DNA of 64,000 bases from Nitrososphaerota archaeon (GTDB lineage: Archaea > Thermoproteota > Nitrososphaeria > Nitrososphaerales > JACPRH01), in the NCBI GenBank assembly GCA_023379805.1, contig JAMCPI010000017.1, positions 19,977 to 83,976 on the forward strand, given 5' to 3'. Position 1 is the first letter of the stretch. Every line of letters starts with the position of its first letter. Below, one piece after another: positions 25,456 to 34,699 of the stretch. A program made the position numbers and the translations under genes. The notes beneath the pieces are model-generated. The model saw only the letters and a program-made list of their open reading frames with translations, did no database searches and was not told the DNA's origin.

Positions 25456-27615
25456 ATGATGTCTATAAGATCACATAAATCTATGATATTGACTGTTCTA
25501 GCGATACTCGCATTCAGCACATTCCTACCCGCACTCGCATTCGCAGCACCAACAGGCGATAACGGCAAAGACTGGATGAACACGAATGGAAACTCCTGGG
25601 CACAGAACTACAGCCCACAAACACAGATCAACAAGAACAACATCAACAACCTAGAGGTGAAATGGCTCTTCCCGCTCGCATCCAAGGGCTTAGCTCCAAA
25701 AGGAATCCAAGCGGCCGGCATCGGCGAAGGAACCACTACACCACCAATTGTAAGAGACGGAAGAGTTTACGTGATCACCAGCTTCATGAAGACCTACGCA
25801 ATCGATGCAAAAACAGGTAAACAGGTCTGGACACACGACTACGACATTGACATCGAAGCAGCAAAGCAGAGATTACCTCTAATGATAGCTGGATCAGTTC
25901 ACAAACACGGCTTCCAGTACTGGGAGGGCGGAGACGCCATCATTAACCACGGACTAGCCTGCGACTTCTATGCACTTGACGCCAAAACCGGCAAGGAGAA
26001 GCTCCGCGTCGAAGACCTATGCAAAGACGTGCCTGGATCACTCTACAAGTATCTAGCGCGTCGACCCGGCGCAGAGCCCAGTATCGGGATCTACGAGAAG
26101 GGTCACCAATTCATCTATGTCTTAGCAGGCTACATGCATAGCAGCCTTACCGCACCAGACGCACGGCACGTCACCATGGGAATCGACATGGACAGCAAGA
26201 ACATCAAATGGAGAGTCTTCAGTGCTCCACCGCAAGATGTTCCAACTAGAGACTGGGCCCTACAGGAATGTGACATAGGCTACTTCCGCGACATTCCATG
26301 CAAAGACGTAGCGGCCAAGAACCTGAAAGGGCTCGAATGGGACTGGGCTCAACCAGGTGAAAAACCAAGCATGTGGGGTGGAGTAACTGCTAACTGGGGC
26401 CAAGCAATAGTTGACGAAGACACAGGCATCATGTACACCAACACAGGTAACCAAGGACCATACTCAAACATGTCAATGACACCCGGACCTCGTCTCTACG
26501 GAAGCACAATCATGGCAATCGACCTAAACAAAGGTAAGAGAGTTTGGTGGCTACAACCCTTCCCGCACGATCCATACGACTATGACTGCAACTGGAGCGG
26601 AATACTAGCTGAAGTCAAGGGTGTTGGCAAAGTCTACGCCAAAGGCTGCAAGGAGGGTATCCTCTACGTGGTTAACGCAGCTACGGGTAAGCCATTGTAC
26701 AAGGTGGATGTGAGAGATGATCAACTAGCAAGAAGGCAGATATCTACGCTAAGCAACAAGGCGTACGCACCTGATCCGATGAGCTACCACGATCTTAGGG
26801 AGTGGAACTGGATTAGCTACCCAGCCACAAAGCCAGGTGAGAAAGGGGAACACTGCACTCTACCATGCTCAATCTATCCAGCCTTCATGAACGGCATCTT
26901 CCAAACCGACATGTCCTATGACCCTGAAACCCAAACATTGATACTCTACGAAGGCGCACTGCAAGTAAACATCCTATCTGAACACCCATATGCCCAAGGC
27001 GCAGAGCTCTTCAGAACCAGCATGTATCCAACTGCGAACACCACAATCGTAGCTAGAGATCTAGCCACTGGCAAAGTGAAGTGGACTTGGTTCTACCAAT
27101 TGAGCAACCAGAGAGCGGCCATGGTAGTATCAGGAGGTACAGTATTCACCGGATTCACTGATGGACAAATGCGCTTCCTAGACAAGGACACAGGCAAGGA
27201 ACTAGGCAAGCTAAGCCTCGGATCACCAGTCCTCGTTCAACCAACTATAGGTCAAGATACAGATGGTAACTCAAAGATATTCGCGGTTGTCGGATCCACA
27301 TCACTCGCCTCAGGACCGCAGTACGGCAATCCAGGACCAACGATCCCAGGAACACTAGTCGCCATCGGCCTGAGTGACAAGGCAGCCCAAATCGTCACCA
27401 GTACATCTACAACTACCGCAACCACTACTGCAATCTCTAGCACCACAGCAACTACAACAGTCACATCAAGTGCACCGGCACAAACTATAACCACATCAAT
27501 CACCCAAACTCAAACCGAGACCTCAGGTCTACCATCAGAAGTAACCTATGCAGCAGTCGGCATAGCTGTAATAGCTATCGCAGGCGCAGCATTCTTAGCA
27601 ATGCGGAAGAAGTAG
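25456..27615 (+). CDS. Secreted PQQ-dehydrogenase-like beta-propeller with stalk and C-terminal anchor (paralog 6)
   Basis: The start is moved from 25375 to ATG 25456. It lies 38 nt after ACTTATATT, as in paralog 7, within the shared TTTCGAAAtTTATG context. The signal peptide ends ...FSTFLPALAFAAP. PHDPYDYDCNWSG is present. The tail is GLPSEVTYAAVGIAVIAIAGAAFLAMRKK. Confidence 0.88.
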   Translation: MMSIRSHKSMILTVLAILAFSTFLPALAFAAPTGDNGKDWMNTNGNSWAQNYSPQTQINKNNINNLEVKWLFPLASKGLAPKGIQAAGIGEGTTTPPIVRDGRVYVITSFMKTYAIDAKTGKQVWTHDYDIDIEAAKQRLPLMIAGSVHKHGFQYWEGGDAIINHGLACDFYALDAKTGKEKLRVEDLCKDVPGSLYKYLARRPGAEPSIGIYEKGHQFIYVLAGYMHSSLTAPDARHVTMGIDMDSKNIKWRVFSAPPQDVPTRDWALQECDIGYFRDIPCKDVAAKNLKGLEWDWAQPGEKPSMWGGVTANWGQAIVDEDTGIMYTNTGNQGPYSNMSMTPGPRLYGSTIMAIDLNKGKRVWWLQPFPHDPYDYDCNWSGILAEVKGVGKVYAKGCKEGILYVVNAATGKPLYKVDVRDDQLARRQISTLSNKAYAPDPMSYHDLREWNWISYPATKPGEKGEHCTLPCSIYPAFMNGIFQTDMSYDPETQTLILYEGALQVNILSEHPYAQGAELFRTSMYPTANTTIVARDLATGKVKWTWFYQLSNQRAAMVVSGGTVFTGFTDGQMRFLDKDTGKELGKLSLGSPVLVQPTIGQDTDGNSKIFAVVGSTSLASGPQYGNPGPTIPGTLVAIGLSDKAAQIVTSTSTTTATTTAISSTTATTTVTSSAPAQTITTSITQTQTETSGLPSEVTYAAVGIAVIAIAGAAFLAMRKK

Positions 27616-27637
27616 TGACCGAAGCAACGGTAACAAT

Positions 27638-27672
27638 GGGCGATCCTTCCGGATCGTCCCCCCTCTTTTATT
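27638..27672 (+). terminator. Conserved hairpin + weak T-tract (paralog 6)
   Basis: GGGCGATCC (27638-27646), loop ttcc, GGATCGTCC (27651-27659) with one G-U pair, followed by TTTTATT. Confidence 0.5.
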
Positions 27673-27682
27673 GGGATATTAC

Positions 27683-27775
27683 ACTTGCTCCTCAAACGCG
27701 GCGATACCTCGCATAGCGGGGGATTGTGTCGGCTTAGATGAATATCCGTGTGACCTTTTCCGCCCTTCCCCGCTT
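27683..27775 (+). repeat. Copy E (degenerate) of the conserved intergenic element
   Basis: CTTGCTCCTCAAACGCGGCGATACCTCGCATAGCGGGGGATTGTGTCGGCT aligns with 25085-25128 of copy D. The 3' hairpin half has eroded. Confidence 0.35.
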
Positions 27776-27830
27776 CCCAAGTTTTGTTATTCTGCCTGTA
27801 TTATCTTCTAAAAGCGTTCTTTTTCTCCGT

Positions 27831-27919
27831 TTATTTATGCTAAATCGGGATTATACTGATCAATAAATTGTCTTCATAATAAGTACGATAATAACCACGT
27901 TTGTAGAAAGACTTATATT
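27831..27919 (+). promoter_or_regulatory. Class III promoter (distal box + TATA) of paralog 7
   Basis: TTATTTATGCTAAATCGGGATTATAC (27831-27856) and ACTTATATT (27911-27919). The spacing is identical to paralog 6. Confidence 0.55.
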
Positions 27920-27948
27920 AATTATGATGAATGTTTGTTTCGAAAATT

Positions 27949-30060
27949 ATGAAACATCTGAAGCCATATAAAGTGACTATACTGTCTATTCTCATAATCC
28001 TCTCATTCAGCACATTCCTACCCGCACTAGCATACGCAGCACCCCTAGCAAACACCGAGAAGGACTGGCAGTATGTTAACGGAAACAGTTGGGGACAGAA
28101 CTATAGTCCCGAGACCCAGATCAACAAGAACAACGTAGGTAACCTTGAAGTGAAGTGGGTCTTCCCCTTCGGCAGTAAAGACTTGGCGCCAGCAGCCATA
28201 AGGGCCCTAGGTGCACAAGAAGGTGTCAACACCCCGCCAGTCGTCCGCAACGGCGTGGTCTACGTAACCAGCAACTACCTCAAAACCTACGCAATCGACG
28301 CAAAGACCGGCGCACAGCTATGGACACATGACTACACCTTCGACGTGGCAGCCGTCAACAAAAGCCTGCCTTGGGCGTGGGGTGGCTTACTCAGCTCGCA
28401 CCTCCACGGTATTAGGTACTGGGAGGGCGGCGACGCCATCCTCTACGAAGGAATGGCCTGCGACATCGTAGCTATAGCTGCGAAGACAGGTAAAGAAAGC
28501 TTCCGAATCAACGATCTCTGCAAGAACATCCCTGGAAGCATCTACAAATACTTCGCCAGCCCGAACGCTCAGGCCAGCCTCGGAACCTACGAGAAGGGTA
28601 AGCAATTCATCATAGTCCTACCCGGTCAAATGCACTCCACAATCTACGCGGGTGACTCGCGACACGTCACGATGGGCATCGACATGAATAGCAAACAAGT
28701 TCTCTGGAAAGTCTTCAGCTACCCACCTCAAGACAAGCCTACTAAAGACTGGGCAACACAAGAGTGCGATATAGGCTACTTCCAAACCTACACATGCAAA
28801 GAGGTAGCGGCAAAGAACCCGTCTCAGCTCGAATGGGACTGGGCTCAGCCTAACCAGCCACCCAACATCTACGGCGGAGTCACAGCTAACTGGGGACAAA
28901 TGATCGTAGATGAAGACACAGGCATCCTATACACTCAGACAGGCAACCAAGGACCATATACAAATGTATCAACTACACCTGGACCAAGACTCTACGGCAG
29001 CACCATCATGGCCATAGACATGAATTCAGGCAAACGCATATGGTGGCTACAACCCTTCCCGCACGATCCATACGACTATGACTGCAACTGGGGAGGCATA
29101 CTAGCTGAAACCAAGTCAATCGGTAAGGTCTACATGAAGGGATGCAAAGAAGGCAGACTCTACGTAATGAACGCGAAGACAGGCCAGCCAATCTACATGA
29201 AAGATGTGCTCCAAGAGCAGATTTCTATCGGCCAAATATCTCCACTCGCTGGAAAGGAGCCTAAGGACGGAGGAGTCAAGTTCCACCTCACAGATCCATT
29301 TAGCGATGACATGAGGGGTTGGAAGTTCGTGACAGACGGCAGAATATGCACGGCTCCATGCAAGCTCTATCCAAGCTACTTCAACGGCATCTTTGCAACA
29401 GACATGACCTATGACCCTACAACCGATACTCTCTACCACTACGCCAACGCATTCATGACATCAATTACTGCGGAGCTTCCAGTTGTCCCAGGTAACAACG
29501 TAGTTGCCACCAAGGACTACTCTCCAACAAATGCCACAATCATTGCTAGAGACGCATCCACAGGAGCAATAAAGTGGAACTACCTCTACAAGACTAGCGC
29601 TCAACGCTCCGCATTGGTAGTGACAAGCGACCTACTCTTCTCAGGCTTCACAGACGGACAAATGAAATTCCTCGACAAATCCACCGGCAAACTACTCAGC
29701 ACAGTCAACCTAGGAGCACCTATCGCAATCGCTCCAACAACAGGCCAAGACTCTGACGGCAAACAGAAGATATTCGTAATCGCAGGCATAACCACCCTCC
29801 CACAGGCCTTCGGTCAAGCCTATGGCGCAACCGGAGCAATCCAACCAGGTGTCCTAGTCGCACTCGGACTATCAGATAAAGCAACAACAGGAGGATCAGT
29901 AACTACCGTAACGACAGCAACCACCCAAACAATTACAACATCAATAACCAACCAAGTCACACAGACCTCAGAAACAATAGGCCCGATCACCTACGGCGCA
30001 ATAGCAGTAGCTGTTATTGCAATCATCGCCGCAGCAGTCCTAGTGATGAGAAAGAAGTAG
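27949..30060 (+). CDS. Secreted PQQ-dehydrogenase-like beta-propeller with short stalk and C-terminal anchor (paralog 7)
   Basis: The start is moved from 27931 to ATG 27949 on conserved promoter spacing. The signal peptide ends ...FSTFLPALAYAAP. Motifs present: HGIRYWEGGDA, PHDPYDYDCNWGG. The tail variant is TIGPITYGAIAVAVIAIIAAAVLVMRKK. Confidence 0.88.
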   Translation: MKHLKPYKVTILSILIILSFSTFLPALAYAAPLANTEKDWQYVNGNSWGQNYSPETQINKNNVGNLEVKWVFPFGSKDLAPAAIRALGAQEGVNTPPVVRNGVVYVTSNYLKTYAIDAKTGAQLWTHDYTFDVAAVNKSLPWAWGGLLSSHLHGIRYWEGGDAILYEGMACDIVAIAAKTGKESFRINDLCKNIPGSIYKYFASPNAQASLGTYEKGKQFIIVLPGQMHSTIYAGDSRHVTMGIDMNSKQVLWKVFSYPPQDKPTKDWATQECDIGYFQTYTCKEVAAKNPSQLEWDWAQPNQPPNIYGGVTANWGQMIVDEDTGILYTQTGNQGPYTNVSTTPGPRLYGSTIMAIDMNSGKRIWWLQPFPHDPYDYDCNWGGILAETKSIGKVYMKGCKEGRLYVMNAKTGQPIYMKDVLQEQISIGQISPLAGKEPKDGGVKFHLTDPFSDDMRGWKFVTDGRICTAPCKLYPSYFNGIFATDMTYDPTTDTLYHYANAFMTSITAELPVVPGNNVVATKDYSPTNATIIARDASTGAIKWNYLYKTSAQRSALVVTSDLLFSGFTDGQMKFLDKSTGKLLSTVNLGAPIAIAPTTGQDSDGKQKIFVIAGITTLPQAFGQAYGATGAIQPGVLVALGLSDKATTGGSVTTVTTATTQTITTSITNQVTQTSETIGPITYGAIAVAVIAIIAAAVLVMRKK

Positions 30061-30076
30061 ACTAAACGTCTACAGT

Positions 30077-30114
30077 AGACGATCCTCCTAAGGGGTCGTC
30101 TCCTCCCTTTTTTT
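30077..30114 (+). terminator. Conserved hairpin + T-tract (paralog 7)
   Basis: AGACGATCC (30077-30085) pairs with GGGTCGTCT (30093-30101) with one U-G wobble, followed by TTTTTTT at 30108-30114. Confidence 0.6.
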
Positions 30115-30281
30115 AAGTCGCCAGTCAATCAACTACCTGTTCGATTATGCTTGTTACAAAAAATGGAGACCTATTCTATGCACTACAGGTTGCGTTGTCT
30201 AACCGTTACCCATTAATATTGGGACGTTAAGAATAGTAATGTTAAACTCTTAATAACAGGTCGGCTGAGGGGAAAAGAATT

Positions 30282-30620
30282 ATGGATCTTAAGGTAACCG
30301 AGGAAACTTCGAATACGATGGGGCTGCAGATTGAGAAGGAGGACTTTTCAATCCCAGATATACTTCACCAAGAGCTGCTTAAAGATCCAAAGGTCGTATT
30401 CGCAGGAATCCATCAGATCCACCCGATTCTGAAGAAGTACGCCCTCAGAATCGAGTCGAAAAGCACCGCTAAACCAGCAGCACTTCTGGTGACAGCCAGC
30501 GAAAACGCGGCTAAAACTGCAGCGGCGATACTGAAAGAGGTGCAGAACGCCGTGGGTGAAACCAAGGGTACCAATGCCAGCAGCAACAGCGGCGGCAAGA
30601 AGGAGAGCAAAAAGAAGTGA
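30282..30620 (+). CDS. rpoL: DNA-directed RNA polymerase subunit Rpo11 (L)
   Basis: LQIEKEDFSIPDILHQELLKDPKVVFAGIHQIHPILKKYALRIES follows the archaeal RpoL pattern (l.i.gEDhT..N.l...L....V.fa.Y...HPl). It overlaps the tfs start by 4 nt (GTGA). Confidence 0.7.
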   Translation: MDLKVTEETSNTMGLQIEKEDFSIPDILHQELLKDPKVVFAGIHQIHPILKKYALRIESKSTAKPAALLVTASENAAKTAAAILKEVQNAVGETKGTNASSNSGGKKESKKK

Positions 30621-30952
30621 AGTTCTGCCCAAAGTGCGGCACCCGTCTACGGGTCAAGCAGGTAAAGACCGACGAAAACGTACTGTTAACGCTTCAATGC
30701 GATAAATGCGGTTTCAACTCACCTGTAGAGGCGCCGGTTACAAAACCTGAAGCTGAGCCGCCTGAAGATCAGATTAAAGTGGTAGGTGACGAAGTGGATG
30801 TGAAACCGCTGCCAACCACACAGGTCGAATGCCCGAAATGCGGAAACAAAGAAGCCTTCTGGTGGATGCTTCAAACCAGAGGCGGAGACGAACCCACCAC
30901 CCAGTTCTACCGCTGCACCAAATGCTCACACACTTGGAGAGAATACTCCTAG
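30617..30952 (+). CDS. tfs: Transcription factor S (TFIIS-like cleavage factor)
   Basis: The N-terminal zinc ribbon is FCPKCGTRL...CDKCG. The C-terminal ribbon is CPKCGNKEAFWWMLQTRGGDEPTTQFYRCTKCSHTWREY, with the acidic DE hairpin. Confidence 0.85.
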   Translation: MKFCPKCGTRLRVKQVKTDENVLLTLQCDKCGFNSPVEAPVTKPEAEPPEDQIKVVGDEVDVKPLPTTQVECPKCGNKEAFWWMLQTRGGDEPTTQFYRCTKCSHTWREYS

Positions 30953-31145
30953 AAACACCCCAGAATTCCGTGATACCTGCTCCACAGCACTCTACTGACA
31001 AAAATAATCCACATTAATAACCTGAATAAAACCTAATTTCTGTCACGTTTTCTGCAAAGCAAACATCTATTTTTCTTCTATATCAGGAATGCCGAAAGAA
31101 CTATAATCAGCGGAGGCCTGCTGACAGGCGGGCGAACATACACCA

Positions 31146-31556
31146 TTGAGCTGGAAACGTCTCATCGCCTTCCAAGTAACCATCTTCATCCTAATGCAGT
31201 CCCTGCCCCCAATCTTCGACACATCAGCCGTTGGACTATTCATCGGCCTAGGATTCTACAAAGCCGCTGCAGTAGCAGCAGGACTCCAAATACTCAAAGA
31301 CGGCCTATTCCTAGCCCAAATCTACAACGTCGGCAACGACATGGTTTCCGCCCTCTACAGAGGAGAAACCGTGAAAAACATCCCTTTCATCAACGACTGG
31401 CTACGAGTAGACCCACTCAGCCAAACCCTCACCCTCCAAGAATACCAAAGACTAATGAGCCTCTTCGTCCTAATCGTCATATTATACAGCATAATAATTC
31501 AGGCAGTAGTAGTACGACTCAGAATCAGGCGACGAATCGAACACCTACTAATGTAG
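31146..31556 (+). CDS. Hypothetical membrane protein
   Basis: 136-aa ORF (TTG start) with 3 predicted hydrophobic helices. No family recognised. Confidence 0.4.
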   Translation: MSWKRLIAFQVTIFILMQSLPPIFDTSAVGLFIGLGFYKAAAVAAGLQILKDGLFLAQIYNVGNDMVSALYRGETVKNIPFINDWLRVDPLSQTLTLQEYQRLMSLFVLIVILYSIIIQAVVVRLRIRRRIEHLLM

Positions 31557-31633
31557 CAACAACAAGAAAGCCCCCCTCTTTTCCATTCAACCGCGATGTT
31601 TAGCTTATTGTTCTGAGTTGGGGTTGAATTCCT

Positions 31634-32314
31634 CTACGATTGCGTAAGTTTTTCCAGAAGCTCCAATAGATGTTTCCTGCACCGTTTGAATCTCTCGTCA
31701 GGTATTTTCCCATAAGGTCCGTGTAAACTATCGCGGTAACTCTCAGACTCTATCTTTTGCTTTATCAGCACGATTCTCTTCTCTACGAGGTCGATCTCAC
31801 ATTTCTTTGAGACTAGATTTACAACTAAACTCCAATTAAGATCTTCGCCTGAGAGCATGAGGATATCCCTTATGTCCTGCTTTCTCCCAGATACAAACTT
31901 CATTGCAAACAGTAATTCAGGATCGGCTATCTTCATCTCAATCCTAGCTGGAGTAGCTCGTCCCACTGTAACCCGTTTCTTTGAGTACTTCTCGAAAAGC
32001 ATCTTCTCGAAGACTACTCCGGTGTGCCTATCAGAAACAGCGTTAACAAGCAAATCAAACGAAGCCTTCTCTTTCTCCCGCAGAAACCGCACGTAGTCAC
32101 CGTAAATCATATCACCAGATTCAGTCTTGACAAAACCATTACTCTTCAACGAGGCTTCAACCTCTGCGAGATCGTCAAGCACCACCAAATCACAGTCTAT
32201 GGAGAACCTCGGTGGAACATACGCGTTCACCGCGTAACCCCCTATCAGCACCACGCTCTGTTTAGGAATCTTCTCAAGCATCTCAAGAACAATTTTTTCT
32301 CGATCCTGCATCAT
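31634..32314 (-). CDS. AbiEii-like nucleotidyltransferase (type IV toxin-like)
   Basis: LIGGYAVNAYVPPRFSIDCDLVV matches the GG.A.....R.S.D.D signature of AbiEii/DUF-NTases. It overlaps the upstream wHTH gene by 4 nt. Confidence 0.55.
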   Translation of the reverse strand: MMQDREKIVLEMLEKIPKQSVVLIGGYAVNAYVPPRFSIDCDLVVLDDLAEVEASLKSNGFVKTESGDMIYGDYVRFLREKEKASFDLLVNAVSDRHTGVVFEKMLFEKYSKKRVTVGRATPARIEMKIADPELLFAMKFVSGRKQDIRDILMLSGEDLNWSLVVNLVSKKCEIDLVEKRIVLIKQKIESESYRDSLHGPYGKIPDERFKRCRKHLLELLEKLTQS

Positions 32315-32961
32315 ACAGCCTTAGCCGCCTCATCCAACACGCGTTTATCTATAATCGCCTTGGTTCTGACCTTAAACTTCGTACGCAAATATGCTAACGG
32401 ATACTCAAAGGCGTCGATATGCTTCTCACAGTACTTAACAACCTCACCCAAGGATACAACAGGCAAACCGTTATGCTTCTCAAATACTAATCTCTCCTGA
32501 GGTTTCAAAATGACGAATTCACCCAAGGCTGGCTCAGCCTCATTAACGAAAACCTTGATTCTATGCCTCCGGAAATACTCAACCCATTCGTATAACTCGC
32601 TGTTCAAGACCTTCACATAATACGGTGAATGCTCCCAACTCCTCTGCAAATAGCTATAACCTGTCCAAACCTCCACCGCACTAGCTTCAGTATACGCAAA
32701 TCTCCTACCAGACTCTTCCAACAACCTCGGAACCTTGAACTCAACCATAGACCTGAAGATATCATTCGAATTGACACAAACATACCTACCCTTCTCGACC
32801 CTCCTAATCCAACCTGCCTTCTCTAACACATGCAAGGTTTTCTTCACCATGCCTGATGAGATAAACCAAGACAAGTAATCCGAGGGGAAGCTACCGGTGG
32901 AGAAGCGGTTGTACAATATTGCATAAGCCTCCTGCGCATAGCTCGGAACTGGTTCAGACAT
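32311..32961 (-). CDS. AbiEi-like winged-helix protein (antitoxin-like partner)
   Basis: 216 aa. KKTLHVLEKAGWIRRVEKGRYV is wHTH-like. The gene is translationally coupled (ATGA overlap) to the NTase gene. Confidence 0.5.
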   Translation of the reverse strand: MSEPVPSYAQEAYAILYNRFSTGSFPSDYLSWFISSGMVKKTLHVLEKAGWIRRVEKGRYVCVNSNDIFRSMVEFKVPRLLEESGRRFAYTEASAVEVWTGYSYLQRSWEHSPYYVKVLNSELYEWVEYFRRHRIKVFVNEAEPALGEFVILKPQERLVFEKHNGLPVVSLGEVVKYCEKHIDAFEYPLAYLRTKFKVRTKAIIDKRVLDEAAKAV

Positions 32962-33135
32962 AGATACCTATTCGGTAACCAACGCATATAAGGATAACGA
33001 CTAGCACCCAACAAATGTGCCCACGAGCTCTCCACCGATACGTTTCATCACCAATTCTAACCTAGACTGAAGACTCACAAGGAAGACTCAAGAAAAGGTT
33101 AATCAACCTCTTCTCCACTCTACTATAAGACCGAC

Positions 33136-33501
33136 TTGGTAGAGATAATCAGCAAGCCGTTAACCCAAATAGCAGTTCACCAAATAATCAGGTACCAAAC
33201 ACCCGAGTCTCTCGCTAGAACCGTAGTTGTCCAGTCAAGCACCGGACAACCCCTCTCACTAAGCTGGATAGACGGAATAGTCTACCGAGTCCTCCCGCCC
33301 CCGTTCTTCATATCCGAACTCCTATCCAAAGAGTATCTCGAAGGAAAACTACACCTCTCAGTTCTTTACGCTGAGATGCCTACCTTCAAAACCACGATAC
33401 ACGCAGCCGAAGAAAACATAACAATCCCAGTGCTCAACGAATCAGACAACACCGAAGCCAAAGCCCTCGTCACCTGGCTGAAGAAGCAAAAAACCAAGTA
33501 A
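33136..33501 (+). CDS. Hypothetical protein
   Basis: 121-aa ORF (TTG start). No motif recognised. Confidence 0.35.
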   Translation: MVEIISKPLTQIAVHQIIRYQTPESLARTVVVQSSTGQPLSLSWIDGIVYRVLPPPFFISELLSKEYLEGKLHLSVLYAEMPTFKTTIHAAEENITIPVLNESDNTEAKALVTWLKKQKTK

Positions 33502-33638
33502 CCACGCAGATAACCAACCATCTGAAACCTTAGTCAACAGAGTCCAAACAAGAGGCGAATGATTTATCGGTTCTCAAAGAGTTATCAGAATCATTTATCT
33601 ACACCCGGCAGTAAGGCTCCTTTCAGTGGTGGTTTAGG

Positions 33639-34397
33639 TTGGTCTTTTTAGCCAAGACTTCTTCCCCTAATGAATGGAAAACTGTTGTAAACGCTATTTC
33701 AACACTAGTGGAGGAGGCTAGTTTCGAAGCTGCTGCAGAGGGCTTATCTTTCCGAGCTATGGATCCTTCACACGTCGCTCTAGTGGATCTCGACTGGCCC
33801 AACTCAGCCTTTGACAAATACGACTGCGACAAACAGTTCAAATTCACAGTCAGAGTCGAAGATCTATCTAAACTCATCCGTCGAGCCGACGCTGGAGACA
33901 GCATCGAAATCTCCTCGGCTGAAAACGACACCCTGCTAGTCAAAATGGTAGACGGCTACGCGAGAGAATTCCAAATCCACCTAATCGAAAGCACCTACGG
34001 CGCAACCCCGTTGCCCAAACTGAGCTTCAACTCAAAAATCGTCTTGACCGAGCAGACCTTCGAAAAAATGCTCAGCGACATCTCAGTAGTCTCAGACCAC
34101 ATCACAATAGACGCATCCGCAGAAAGAATCCTCTTCTCAGGCAAAAGCGACGCCGGAACAGGCTCAGCAACACTCACAAAAGGAAGCCAAGACCTACTCG
34201 AACTCAAAGTAAAAGAAGACAGCAAATCAATCTACAGCATCGACTACCTGCTAAACATCACACGCGCCGCCGGAAAAGCCTCCGACATCCTAACCTTCGA
34301 ATACTCCAGCAAAATGCCCCTCCGACTAACCTTCAACCTAAGCGAAAAAGGCGGCAAAATCCAGTTCTACCTAGCCCCGCGCATCGAAGAAAAATAG
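33639..34397 (+). CDS. pcn: DNA polymerase sliding clamp PCNA
   Basis: 252 aa. WKTVVNAISTLVEEASFEAAAEGLSFRAMDPSHVALVDL and ...YSIDYLLNI...LTFEYSSKMPLRLTF are typical archaeal PCNA blocks. TTG start. Confidence 0.9.
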   Translation: MVFLAKTSSPNEWKTVVNAISTLVEEASFEAAAEGLSFRAMDPSHVALVDLDWPNSAFDKYDCDKQFKFTVRVEDLSKLIRRADAGDSIEISSAENDTLLVKMVDGYAREFQIHLIESTYGATPLPKLSFNSKIVLTEQTFEKMLSDISVVSDHITIDASAERILFSGKSDAGTGSATLTKGSQDLLELKVKEDSKSIYSIDYLLNITRAAGKASDILTFEYSSKMPLRLTFNLSEKGGKIQFYLAPRIEEK

Positions 34398-34699
34398 ACT
34401 CAACCCCATCGAATCCTCAGGCAAAACATAACAAAAAAGGTACATCTTGATCCTCAAGCAAAGCTAACTAACAGTTCAACCCTACATATATTCGTCAGTG
34501 GTTCAGTCTAGTCAAGTTACTTTGCAGTTTACGCTAATTAATTGAGCGATTTTTTAAGAATATACTACCTTTTCACCGTAGCGAAACTAAGCTAAGCTAC
34601 TTGTCTAGAGCGATTGATGATTTATTTCATTTGAAGATCGTAATGAATAAACAAACATTCAGACAGGTAATCTTATGGAGAAATAGGTGAACAGTTAGC

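Noticed and set aside
27924-27960. ATGATGA ... CTGA, resembling C and D boxes of a C/D-box sRNA.
   Set aside because: The span is only about 37 nt with no internal D'/C' pair or terminal stem. It lies across the promoter and start codon of paralog 7, so it is probably coincidental.
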